DNA of 60,028 bases, from assembly GCA_964360175.1 (NCBI GenBank), contig CAYHUI010000002.1:1-60028 (forward strand), written 5' to 3'. Below the pieces are notes generated by a model that worked only from the letters and a program-made list of their open reading frames with translations, was not told the origin of the DNA and searched no databases. This document shows positions 9,069 to 17,979 of this stretch, one piece after another. Within the stretch, counting starts at the first letter, position 1; each line of letters starts with the position of its first letter. Origin of the DNA: Candidatus Woesearchaeota archaeon. GTDB taxonomy: Archaea > Nanobdellota > Nanobdellia > SCGC-AAA011-G17 > CAYHUI01. A program made the position numbers and the translations under genes.

Positions 9069-9770
9069 ATGGAAATTTATAAGAATATAGAAATAGTAGA
9101 TTTATCTTTGTATTTAAAAAAAGAAAAGATTCTAGTTTTATCAGATTTTCAAATAGGTCATGAAGAATATTTAAACAAACAAGGAATTTTATTACCTAGA
9201 CTTGAATTTAATGATGTGATAAAAAGGTTGGATAAAATCTTTAAAAAAGTTAATCCTGAAAAAATCATTATTAACGGAGATTTAAAACATGAGTTTGGTA
9301 CAATTTCAAAACAAGAATGGAGAAATACTTTAGATTTATTGGATTATTTACTAGAAAAAGCAGAAGTTATTTTAGTTAAAGGGAATCATGATGTAATTTT
9401 AGGCCCTATTGCAAATAAGAGAAATCTTGAGATAGTTGATTATTATAAAATAAATGATATTGCATTTCTACATGGAGATAAAATTTTGTTAGATGCTTTA
9501 AATTCAAAAATATTAATTATTGGGCATGAGCATCCTGCGATAAATTTAAAAGAAGGTGTAAGAAAAGAACTATACAAATGTTTCTTAAAAGGTAAATATA
9601 AAAATAAAATTTTAATAGTTCAACCTTCTTTTAATTTATTAACAGAAGGTTCTGATGTCTTAAAAGAAAAATTTTCAAGTCCTTTTTTAAATCAGAATTT
9701 AAATAATTTCGAAGTTTTTGTAGTAGCGGATAAAGTTTATTATTTTGGAAAAATAAAGAATTTAGCTTAA
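9069..9770 (+). CDS. Calcineurin-like metallophosphoesterase (MJ0037/PdeM-like)
   Basis: 233 aa with the phosphoesterase motifs GDLKHEF, GNHD and GHEHP. Confidence 0.75.
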   Translation: MEIYKNIEIVDLSLYLKKEKILVLSDFQIGHEEYLNKQGILLPRLEFNDVIKRLDKIFKKVNPEKIIINGDLKHEFGTISKQEWRNTLDLLDYLLEKAEVILVKGNHDVILGPIANKRNLEIVDYYKINDIAFLHGDKILLDALNSKILIIGHEHPAINLKEGVRKELYKCFLKGKYKNKILIVQPSFNLLTEGSDVLKEKFSSPFLNQNLNNFEVFVVADKVYYFGKIKNLA

Positions 9771-10204
9771 CCTATATATTCTTCTGCTTTTTTTCTTGGG
9801 ATAGGTTTTGGAATTATAGGTAAATGTGGGGGTAAGTTAACTTCTTGACACATAAGCAAAGCTTTTAAATGACATCTGTATAAAGCTGGTTGTATTATTT
9901 TAGATAATAATTCTTGATTAACTTTCTTATTTTTATTCCATTCGTCTAAAGCGGTTTTTATTAATTTTGATTTCTCTAAATATAATAAATAGCCGTCTAA
10001 AGAAATTTTTCCTATTTTCGGACTGTAATCAACAGTAAAATTAAAATCTATTCTAACCACTTCACCAGCGCCTTTTACAGGAGGTTCTCGATGTGAAATG
10101 TCAGTAATTTTAAATTTATTATTAATCTCTATTTTACTATCTTTAGTTATATTTGTATTTTTTTCTACATTTATTCTTATAAAGTGCAAACCCATTATCG
10201 GCAT
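9767..10204 (-). CDS. Hypothetical protein (tentative SecB-like chaperone fold)
   Basis: 145 aa. The pattern FIRINVEK...VRIDFNFTV...ISLDGYLLY...LPPHLP recalls SecB beta-sheet/helix organisation. The resemblance is weak and from memory only. Confidence 0.45.
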   Translation of the reverse strand: MPIMGLHFIRINVEKNTNITKDSKIEINNKFKITDISHREPPVKGAGEVVRIDFNFTVDYSPKIGKISLDGYLLYLEKSKLIKTALDEWNKNKKVNQELLSKIIQPALYRCHLKALLMCQEVNLPPHLPIIPKPIPRKKAEEYIG

Positions 10205-10244
10205 TTTGATTTTAGTATTCTATAAAGTTTTTAAATGTTTTGAT

Positions 10245-11933
10245 TTACATTTTCTCAGGAGTTTCTATACTTAATATATTTAGACCATTAGATAAAACTT
10301 GACTTACAGCTTTAACTAATCCTAATCTTGCATTTTTTAATCCTTCTTCAGCCTTTAACACTTGATATTTATGGTAAAATTCGTTAAACTTTTGAGCTAA
10401 TTCAAATAGATAATTACATAATAAATGAGGTTTTAGATCTAAAGCAGCTTTCTCTACAACTTCAATATATTTTAACAACTCATTGATTAAATAAATTTCT
10501 TCTTTTTCTTTTAAGTTAGAATAATTTACTTTGATAGGATTAAATTTGGATTTTTTTAAAATAGAATTTGCTCTTACATAAGTATACTGTAAATAAGGTC
10601 CAGTTTCACCTTCAAATGCAATTGATTCTTCTGGATTATATGTAAAATCTTTTAATGGATCAAATTTTAATATGAAAAATTTTAGTGCTGCTAAACCTAT
10701 TTGATTTGATCTTTTTTCTAATTCTTCTCTAGTTAAAGTTTGATCTCTTATTATTATTTCTTTTTTTGCTAGTATATTCACATCTTTTATTAAATTATCG
10801 GCATCAACAACCTTTCCTTCTCTTGATTTCATTTTTCCTTCAGGTAGATAAATCATTCCATAAGGCAAATGATAATAATTATTTACAAATTTATAATTCA
10901 TTAATTTTAATAATTTAAAAAGAACCCTAAAATGATAAATTTGTTCAGATCCAACTATATATATCATTTTATCCATTTTATAATCTTCATAACGCTGTAT
11001 AGCTAAATGTAAATCTTGAGTAATATAAATAGAAGTACCATCTTCTCTTAAAAGAACTTTTTCACCTAAATTGTCTTTAGTTAAATCTGCTACTATTGCC
11101 CCTAATTTGTTTTTCTTGAATAAGCCTTTTTTATAAAATTTTAAAATTATATCTTTGCCTTTTTCATAATACTGGCTTTCAAAATATGTTTTGTCTATTT
11201 TTACACCAAATGTTTTATATGTTTCTTTAATGCCTTTAATTGTCCAGTTATTCATTTTTTTCCATAACGAGATAACTTCTTTGTCTTTATTTTCCCATTT
11301 CAATAAAATTTCTTTAGCTTCTTCTTCCAATTCTGGATTATCTTTAGCTTGTTGAGAGAACATAACATAGTAATCGCCAACAAAATGATCTGATTTTTTG
11401 TTTGGCATTTTGTTTTTTGCAAATTTTTTATAAGCTAACATTGATTTGCAAATGTGAATACCTCTATCATTAACAATATCAACGTTAATTACTTTATAAC
11501 CAATTTCTTTTAGTAAATTAGAAATGGAAATACCTAAAGCCATGTTTCTTAAATGACCTAGATGTAGTGGTTTATTTGTATTTGGTCCAGGAGATTCAAT
11601 AACTACTTTCTTATTTTTTCCGTAATTTGATTTACCATAATTATTTTTTTCTTTTAATATCTTTTTTATAGTTTTATCTACTAACAATGATTTATTTATA
11701 AAAAAATTTAAATAAGGACCAACTGCTTGAACTTTTTCTATTTCTTTAGGTAGTTTTATTTTTTCTAATTGTAATGCTATTTCTATTGGAGATTTTTTAA
11801 AAATCTTAGCTAAACTAAAACAAGGAAAAGCATAATCTCCAAATTCTTGATTTGGTGGAATTTCTAAAATTATTTCTTTTAATTTTAATTTTTTTTTTAA
11901 TAAGTTAATTATGATTTGTTTAAATTCATTCAT
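10245..11933 (-). CDS. argS: Arginine--tRNA ligase
   Basis: 562 aa. HIGH-type motif PLHLGHLRN, an MKSREG (KMSK-like) loop, and a C-terminal DALR-type anticodon-binding region. Confidence 0.95.
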   Translation of the reverse strand: MNEFKQIIINLLKKKLKLKEIILEIPPNQEFGDYAFPCFSLAKIFKKSPIEIALQLEKIKLPKEIEKVQAVGPYLNFFINKSLLVDKTIKKILKEKNNYGKSNYGKNKKVVIESPGPNTNKPLHLGHLRNMALGISISNLLKEIGYKVINVDIVNDRGIHICKSMLAYKKFAKNKMPNKKSDHFVGDYYVMFSQQAKDNPELEEEAKEILLKWENKDKEVISLWKKMNNWTIKGIKETYKTFGVKIDKTYFESQYYEKGKDIILKFYKKGLFKKNKLGAIVADLTKDNLGEKVLLREDGTSIYITQDLHLAIQRYEDYKMDKMIYIVGSEQIYHFRVLFKLLKLMNYKFVNNYYHLPYGMIYLPEGKMKSREGKVVDADNLIKDVNILAKKEIIIRDQTLTREELEKRSNQIGLAALKFFILKFDPLKDFTYNPEESIAFEGETGPYLQYTYVRANSILKKSKFNPIKVNYSNLKEKEEIYLINELLKYIEVVEKAALDLKPHLLCNYLFELAQKFNEFYHKYQVLKAEEGLKNARLGLVKAVSQVLSNGLNILSIETPEKM

Positions 11934-12006
11934 ATAATCTTATAAGAATTAGTGTTTTTTAAATTTTGGGTTTTTGTAATTAAGTTGTAAAAAAATAATT
12001 ATTATC

Positions 12007-12537
12007 TTATTTTTTGACGACGTGCATCCTGCCGACGTCACCAGAGTTAGTCAAGTCAACTTCCCAAGTATGCAATCTCAAGCCCCTGAGACGGCACAAC
12101 CTACGGACACCACCTTGTGCAGTATATAAAGTTCTAGTATATAAATTTCTATCACCTTTTCTTAATATAGGAAAATTATAAACTCTTGTTAATCCATTCA
12201 AAATTCTTTTTAAACCACCTTCATCTTTAAATATATCATCTTTTTCAAGATCATATAAGCCTGTGACTATAAAAGGTGAGTCTGGATTAACATTAAAATG
12301 ATTATATTCAGATTTAACTTGATCTATTAAATATTTCCATGATATTAGATTAGCCCCTTTTTCAGGAGAAACTACAAAACCTAAATCTTCATAAGTTCTA
12401 TAAGGATCAGCAATGAGATTCTTATTTGCTAGAGCTATTTTACTTTCTCTAGGTATTAAAGGCATAATATCTTCATTAGTTATTTCACGATAAGCATTCG
12501 CTAAAGCAACTTTAGCATCATAAGTACATCCTATCAT
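12007..12537 (-). CDS. Hypothetical protein; the reading frame stays open a further 61 codons upstream (to 12720) without any ATG/GTG/TTG
   Basis: 176 aa from the first ATG. My translation of 12538-12720 is FFIYIKIEWTELIQPPVKFRYIALLTYDEVGREALKKVSDKYGGTAAYLPTFDLDPKATGP, in frame. The C-terminal 35 codons use atypical GC-rich codons. Confidence 0.45.
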   Translation of the reverse strand: MIGCTYDAKVALANAYREITNEDIMPLIPRESKIALANKNLIADPYRTYEDLGFVVSPEKGANLISWKYLIDQVKSEYNHFNVNPDSPFIVTGLYDLEKDDIFKDEGGLKRILNGLTRVYNFPILRKGDRNLYTRTLYTAQGGVRRLCRLRGLRLHTWEVDLTNSGDVGRMHVVKK

Positions 12538-12765
12538 AGGACCAGTAGCTTTAGGATCTAAATCGAAAGTAGGTAAATAAGCAGCTGTACCACCATATTT
12601 ATCTGATACTTTTTTTAATGCTTCTCTTCCTACTTCATCATAAGTTAATAAAGCTATATATCGAAATTTAACTGGTGGTTGTATTAATTCAGTCCATTCT
12701 ATTTTAATATAAATAAAGAACTAGTATATAAACTTTTTTGTTTGTTACCACTTTAAAATAGAAAT

Positions 12766-14649
12766 TTAACTTTTTTTACTAATCTTCTTTAAAATATTTT
12801 CATGACCTTTCCAAACCAAAGCTTCTTTTAAAACTTGTCTAATATTTTCTGCAGGAATTATTTTAATTAATTTTCTTTTTTCTTCAGGCAATATAATATC
12901 TTTTTCATTGGCTTTTGGTATTATTACTTGTTTAATGCCTGCGTCGATAGCTGCTTCTACTTTTTGCGTTATACCGCCAACAGCTAGAACTTCTCCCCTA
13001 ATAGACAACGATCCTGTTAAAGCTGTATCTTGCCTTACTGGTATTTTCTTCAATGCAGAAATAATAGCTGTTGCTACAGCAATTGAAGCTGAATCTCCTT
13101 CAACCCCTTCTGGTGTACTTAAAAATTGAACAAAAATATCATACTTTTCTTTAATATCTTCTCCAAAATATTTTAAGATGATAGCAGATACATTTTTTAT
13201 AGCTTCTTTTGCTATCTCTCCTAATTTACCAGTTGCAATAAATTCTGCTCTTTTACCCCCACCAGGAGCAACTTCAGATTCTATAGGTAAAGTTATACCT
13301 GAAAAAGAGCCTGGAGTTCCAATAACAGCTAAACCATTTACTCGTCCAATTCTTTGTCCTTCTACTACAATAACTTGGTATTTCTTTTTATCTATAATAT
13401 ATTTATCAGCTATTTGTTGTTCTAATGTTCTAGATAGTCTTTTGGTAGCAATAACATGTTTTTTTTCTACTAAATTAGCCCCTTCTTCTAAAGCTAAATC
13501 ACCTGCTGCTCTTACTAATCCTCCTAACTCTCTTAATCTTAAAGTTAGTTTTCCATACATGCCTGCTCTCTTTCTTGCTTCTTGTATAATTTCTAGAACA
13601 GCTTCTTTAGTAAAATGAGGGATTTTTTTATCTTTAGCAATTTCTTGTGCAACAAACTGAACTAGTTTAAATCTATTTTCAGGAGTATCATCTATTGTAT
13701 CTTCCATATAAACTTCATAACCATAACCTCTAATTCTAGATCTTAACGCTGGATGTGTTTTTTTAACAGTTTCTAAAGTACCTGCTGCAACTAAAACAAA
13801 ATCGCAGGGTACTGGATCACTGCGTACCATAGCACCAGAGCTTCTTTCACTTTGGCCTGTAATAGGATATTTCTTTTCTTGCATCGCAGTTAATAATTCT
13901 TGTTGTGAATGTGCTTGTAAATTACCAATCTCATCAATAAATAAAACCCCGCCGTTTGCTCTATGAATCATTCCTGGAACTAATCTTTCATAAGCAGGAG
14001 TTCCTAATCCTCCTGATTGCAATGGATCATGCAAACAATCTCCTAATAAAGCTCCGGTATGAGCTCCAGTACCATCAAAAAAAGGAGATTTTTCCCTATT
14101 TGAATTATCTATTAATAATTTCGGAATCTCTGCACTAGCTTTAAATCTTCTTCCAACATTTAAGAAGACTACAAAAGCTGCAACGAATATCATGCTACCT
14201 ATTAAAGAAGCAGCTGCCATTATATCTCCATACTGCTTTCTTATCCACCAAGGAGCTATCGCAGCAAGTATTACTAAAGCAAAAACTATAAAATTTTGAT
14301 TTTTTAAAGAACTTAATGATTGAAGCTTAGCCTTTGTTACTAAATCTTTACCTTTCCCTTTAGGCAATGTTTTTATTAGGGGTAGATTCTCATCTATTAA
14401 ATTTGGAAAAGAAAGCACATCAACTAATTTTTCTTTTGGTAATAACTCAGCTAAACCCTGACCTATTAAACTTTTTCCAGTGCCAGGCTCTCCGATTAAT
14501 AATAAATGACGTCTTTGTTTTGAGACTTTTTTGACTATCTCAATAGCTTGATCCTGGCCTATTACCTGGTCTATTATTCTTTTAGGTACTTCAATTTCTT
14601 TTGTTGTTTTAAAATTGAATATGTTTTTTTCTCTTGATTTTTTTATCAT
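12766..14649 (-). CDS. lonB: Archaeal membrane-bound Lon protease (LonB)
   Basis: 627 aa. Walker A GEPGTGKS, two TM helices inserted in the AAA+ module (FIVFALVILAAIAPWW, MIFVAAFVVFLNV), protease Ser motif EGDSASIA and the Lys region KVEAAIDAGIKQVIIP. Confidence 0.92.
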   Translation of the reverse strand: MIKKSREKNIFNFKTTKEIEVPKRIIDQVIGQDQAIEIVKKVSKQRRHLLLIGEPGTGKSLIGQGLAELLPKEKLVDVLSFPNLIDENLPLIKTLPKGKGKDLVTKAKLQSLSSLKNQNFIVFALVILAAIAPWWIRKQYGDIMAAASLIGSMIFVAAFVVFLNVGRRFKASAEIPKLLIDNSNREKSPFFDGTGAHTGALLGDCLHDPLQSGGLGTPAYERLVPGMIHRANGGVLFIDEIGNLQAHSQQELLTAMQEKKYPITGQSERSSGAMVRSDPVPCDFVLVAAGTLETVKKTHPALRSRIRGYGYEVYMEDTIDDTPENRFKLVQFVAQEIAKDKKIPHFTKEAVLEIIQEARKRAGMYGKLTLRLRELGGLVRAAGDLALEEGANLVEKKHVIATKRLSRTLEQQIADKYIIDKKKYQVIVVEGQRIGRVNGLAVIGTPGSFSGITLPIESEVAPGGGKRAEFIATGKLGEIAKEAIKNVSAIILKYFGEDIKEKYDIFVQFLSTPEGVEGDSASIAVATAIISALKKIPVRQDTALTGSLSIRGEVLAVGGITQKVEAAIDAGIKQVIIPKANEKDIILPEEKRKLIKIIPAENIRQVLKEALVWKGHENILKKISKKS

Positions 14650-14734
14650 TTTATATATAATTTTAAAAACTTATAAATAGAAAATATATTATAGATATAA
14701 AAAACTAACTGTTTTTATCCTGAAAAATTTAGGT

Positions 14735-14998
14735 TTAGATTATATCTTCTTCAGATACAACTACAAAGTCTCCGACAGCTATTACTGCACTATAAGGTAT
14801 TAAAAGGAAACCTTTAGTATCCTTCTCCAATTCTAGACCCTCTGCAAATGCTGTTGGGTTTCTAAGAGTGATTTGAAGTAACTCTCCTGTTCTGGTTTCA
14901 AAAGAAATACTACCTACATCTCCAAACCTTTTTCCCGTCTTTGTTACCACGGTTTTTCCTATTAATTGCTTAGAATATTTTTTATCTTCTTCTCCCAT
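14735..14998 (-). CDS. PRC-barrel domain protein
   Basis: 87 aa. LIGKTVVTKTGKRFGDVGSISFETRTGEL...IPYSAVIAVGDFVVV is the typical small archaeal PRC-barrel pattern. Confidence 0.7.
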   Translation of the reverse strand: MGEEDKKYSKQLIGKTVVTKTGKRFGDVGSISFETRTGELLQITLRNPTAFAEGLELEKDTKGFLLIPYSAVIAVGDFVVVSEEDII

Positions 14999-15148
14999 GT
15001 TAAAATAGGAATACTAACTTATTTATAAATTTTTCTACGTTGAAATAGTGTTTTATTTTTTCTAAAATTAAGGAAACTATAAAGAAATTTGAGATTTAAT
15101 ATAATTTGGGATTTCTTCAAAAGAGATTAAATTTTTATTATACCAATT

Positions 15149-15168
15149 TTGATATTTTAAAATATCAA
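15149..15168. repeat. 20-bp perfect AT palindrome TTGATATTTTAAAATATCAA
   Basis: Read directly. It lies in the 446-nt non-coding stretch between the PRC-barrel gene and the HTH gene. Confidence 0.8.
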
Positions 15169-15247
15169 TTTGAAGTTTTTTTAGTCTATTTAATTTCATT
15201 TTAAAATAAATAAATTTATTTTAATTTATTAATCTTTTTATAAGAAA

Positions 15248-15392
15248 TAAACATAAAGCTATCCATTAAACTAAACATAAAAGTAAGCAGTTTTATTTCA
15301 TATTTATATTAATATGTTTATCATTTTAATAAATATATATAAATATTTTAAAAAAAGAAATGTTTAGTAATATGTATATTAATATGTTTATC
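15248..15392. repeat. Cluster of five TAAACAT motifs (two forward, three inverted), including a 22-bp direct repeat with one mismatch
   Basis: TAAACAT at 15248-15254 and 15272-15278. ATGTTTA at 15314-15320, 15360-15366 and 15384-15390. TATATTAATATGTTTATC is perfectly repeated at 15305-15322 and 15375-15392. Confidence 0.85.
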
Positions 15393-15444
15393 TATATGTA
15401 TACTATATCGTTTAGAATTTAATAAGTTTTTATATCTTAAAATC

Positions 15445-15942
15445 TTAATCTAAAGCCTTCCCAGCCCTATATCTCATAATAAAATACTTTGTCAAGAACA
15501 TTAGATTTGGAAAATCATCCCTATTTAAAGCTAGTAAATTTTCATTAGTGGTAATACTAAATTCAGTATTAATATAAATCCAACTCAACCTTTTTAATTC
15601 ATCTACCCAATGGTAAATAGATTTTCTAGTTACTCTTAAATTTCTAGCAAGATGGGTAATATTAAAATTATATTTATAAAATTCAAGAAATATCTTACTA
15701 CAAAGCTTATTTCTTATAATCCTTAACCAAAATTTATAATTATTGATAATCCAACCGATTTCCTTTGGGGTAAATAATGTGGTATTTGAATTTACTTCTA
15801 TTAGTCTACGCAATTTACAAATATCTTCATAAGGAACTTGGTTAAATCTATAAATTACATTTAAGATGCTCCCAACTTCATCTCTATTGTAAGACTTTAA
15901 TTTCTCTAAATCTTCAACACCTTCAATAAAATCTAATTCCAC
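15445..15942 (-). CDS. Small helix-turn-helix protein, function unknown
   Basis: 165 aa. The GTG start is preceded by a GGGGGG Shine-Dalgarno-like run (15947-15952). NITHLARNLRVTRKSIYHWVDELKRL looks like a resolvase/IS-type HTH. Confidence 0.55.
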   Translation of the reverse strand: MELDFIEGVEDLEKLKSYNRDEVGSILNVIYRFNQVPYEDICKLRRLIEVNSNTTLFTPKEIGWIINNYKFWLRIIRNKLCSKIFLEFYKYNFNITHLARNLRVTRKSIYHWVDELKRLSWIYINTEFSITTNENLLALNRDDFPNLMFLTKYFIMRYRAGKALD

Positions 15943-16189
15943 TTTACCCCCCTAAAAATACTACCATCTACCGTAAAATTTTCGGTTGGAAGAAAACAAA
16001 CACAAGACAGGTTTAATATACTTTTATGAATTATAGTATATATTATTTTTTATGATATATTCAAAAACCCATTTTATAATAAATAATTGACTAAAAATGT
16101 ATACCTTTAGTAAAAATATTTATTAACCCCTATTAACTACTCCTATTTTACTAGGGGGATCTTAAAAATAAAGGGTTTTGTTATAAAAA

Positions 16190-17893
16190 ATGGCTGAAAA
16201 TTTAATTTTAAATAGTCTTTCAAAAGAGGAGTCTAAAAAATTGATTGGACAGTTTATTAAAAATGGTTATTTATTCAGTCCTGATATTTTTGAAGACTTA
16301 CCTAAAAATTTTAATAAACAGGGGATATTAGAATTAATCAAAAATAAAGTTAAATCAACTAAAGAAAAACCACTTATCTTAAATAAAGACCTAATTTTAG
16401 CTATCAAAGACACAAAAGCTAACTTAGATATGAACTGGCTTGAATTTGAGAGATCCAAAGCTTTCCTTGAAAAAGGTAAAAATGGTTTAGTTTATAACAC
16501 TTTTTTAGATATCTTAACTTATGGTGCCTCTAAAGAAAAAACATCCAGCATAAATTTAATTTTAGATGAGATCAAAAGACCAGAACCTATAAAACCAAAA
16601 CTGTTATTGGAAGAAAAAGAACCCTACATCAATACAGTAATAGTCTCTAAATACTATAAAGAAAAAGTTAAGAAAAGAGAAGTACAAGATTTTATTTCAC
16701 ATTATAGTTTAAGATATAATCAGTTAAAAAAAATTTTATTACAAAGGCCTGATTTACAAAATACAACATCCATCAACAAAATTATGAACAACTATTCAAG
16801 GGAAGAAGTTACTTTGATAGGGATAGTTGCAAATAAAATCTATACTAAAAATGGAAATATCTTGTTTAGATTAGAAGATCCAACAACAAATGTTAATATA
16901 ATGGCAAGTAAAAATAAAAGTTTTTTTGAATTAGCTAAAGATATAATGCTTGATGAGGTAATCGGAGTTAAAGGAATTTTAGCTGATAAAATCATTTTTG
17001 CAAACGACTTGTTTTTACCAGATATACCTAATGATCATCAACTTAAAAAGTCGAAAGACGAAGCTTATGTAGTTTTTACTTCTGATGTAGAGGTAGGTTC
17101 AAAATTTTTTTATGAAAAAGATTTTCTAAGATTTATCGACTGGCTAAATGGAAATTTTGGTAATGAAACCCAAAAAAATATCTCTAAAAAAGTAAAATAC
17201 TTATTTATCGTCGGAGACACCGTTGCTGGCGTTGGTATTTATCCAAATCAAGATAAGGAATTAGTAATTCAAGATATTTATAAGCAATATGAAAAATTTG
17301 CAGAACTTATTTCAATGATAAGAAAAGACATTAAAATTATAATTTGTGGGGGGAATCACGACGCTTTAAGACTTGCAGAGCCCCAGCCAGTTCTGGACCT
17401 AAAAATTGCAAAACCTTTATGGGAATTGCCTAATGTAGTTATTACAACAAATCCTTCTTTAATAAATATCCATTCTTCTAAAGATTTTTCTGGCTTCGAT
17501 GTTTTAATGTATCACGGTTACAGTTATCCTTATATTGCAGACAATGTAGAAAGTATAAGGAAAAATGGAAGATTAGAAAGAGGAGATTTAATTATGAGAT
17601 ATGTATTGCAAAGGAGACATTTAGCTCCGACATATTCTTCAAATTTATTTATCCCAGACACAACAGAAGACCTATTTGTTATAGAAAAAGTTCCAGACTT
17701 TTTAACATCAGGCCATTTACATAGAATAACTATTTTAAACTACAGAAATGTAACAGCAATCGGTTGCGGATGCTGGACCGGACAAACACAAGACCAAGAA
17801 AAAAGAGGTATTAAACCAGATCCTTCAAGGGTTATCCTGGTTAATTTAAAAACAAGAGATACAAAAATTTTAAATTTTTTAAGTAAAGAATAA
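16190..17893 (+). CDS. dp1: DNA polymerase D small subunit (DP1, Mre11-like 3'-5' exonuclease)
   Basis: 567 aa. OB-fold region plus calcineurin-like phosphoesterase motifs (VFTSDVEVGS, IVGDTVAGVG, GGNHDA, GHLH). It lies immediately upstream of DP2. Confidence 0.9.
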   Translation: MAENLILNSLSKEESKKLIGQFIKNGYLFSPDIFEDLPKNFNKQGILELIKNKVKSTKEKPLILNKDLILAIKDTKANLDMNWLEFERSKAFLEKGKNGLVYNTFLDILTYGASKEKTSSINLILDEIKRPEPIKPKLLLEEKEPYINTVIVSKYYKEKVKKREVQDFISHYSLRYNQLKKILLQRPDLQNTTSINKIMNNYSREEVTLIGIVANKIYTKNGNILFRLEDPTTNVNIMASKNKSFFELAKDIMLDEVIGVKGILADKIIFANDLFLPDIPNDHQLKKSKDEAYVVFTSDVEVGSKFFYEKDFLRFIDWLNGNFGNETQKNISKKVKYLFIVGDTVAGVGIYPNQDKELVIQDIYKQYEKFAELISMIRKDIKIIICGGNHDALRLAEPQPVLDLKIAKPLWELPNVVITTNPSLINIHSSKDFSGFDVLMYHGYSYPYIADNVESIRKNGRLERGDLIMRYVLQRRHLAPTYSSNLFIPDTTEDLFVIEKVPDFLTSGHLHRITILNYRNVTAIGCGCWTGQTQDQEKRGIKPDPSRVILVNLKTRDTKILNFLSKE

Positions 17894-17979
17894 ACTTTTA
17901 AAAAAAGTTTAATCAAAATAAGCTTTTAGAAAAAGCTTAAGCAAAAATAAAAAATAAAAAACTTAACTAAAAAAGAAGA

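Noticed and set aside
12007-12125. The GC-rich 3' end of the unknown gene; I considered a hidden structured RNA gene.
   Set aside because: I could only find short 5-bp stems and no tRNA-like or known RNA architecture. Other conserved protein segments in this window (the DP2 catalytic site, the RadA P-loop) also use GC-rich codons, so conservation of the coding sequence is a sufficient explanation.
13178-13618. 146-aa ORF on the plus strand inside lonB. The same applies to 12908-13129, 346-537, 1339-1578, 3850-4059, 5692-6030, 8429-8653, 18681-18902, 21084-21392, 23453-23872, 30786-31154, 31489-31854, 34766-35050, 36988-37182, 40970-41188, 44962-45159, 45681-45866, 47301-47729, 47964-48242, 50027-50257, 51607-51972, 53004-53192, 53673-53903 and 58989-59183.
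   Set aside because: All lie antisense to or inside strongly supported genes with recognisable motifs. Their translations are low-complexity (S/L/F/I/K-rich), which is typical of shadow ORFs in AT-rich DNA.
15077-15199. A 40-codon minus-strand ORF (MKLNRLKKLQIDILKYQNWYNKNLISFEEIPNYIKSQISL) covering the 20-bp palindrome.
   Set aside because: It has no RBS and is very short. The region is better explained as regulatory or origin DNA. It is kept only as a note.
15301-15392. The direct repeats as a possible mini-CRISPR array.
   Set aside because: There are only two copies of an AT-only 18-22-bp repeat with a 48-52-bp spacer. There are no cas genes, and the repeat lacks the length and structure typical of CRISPR.
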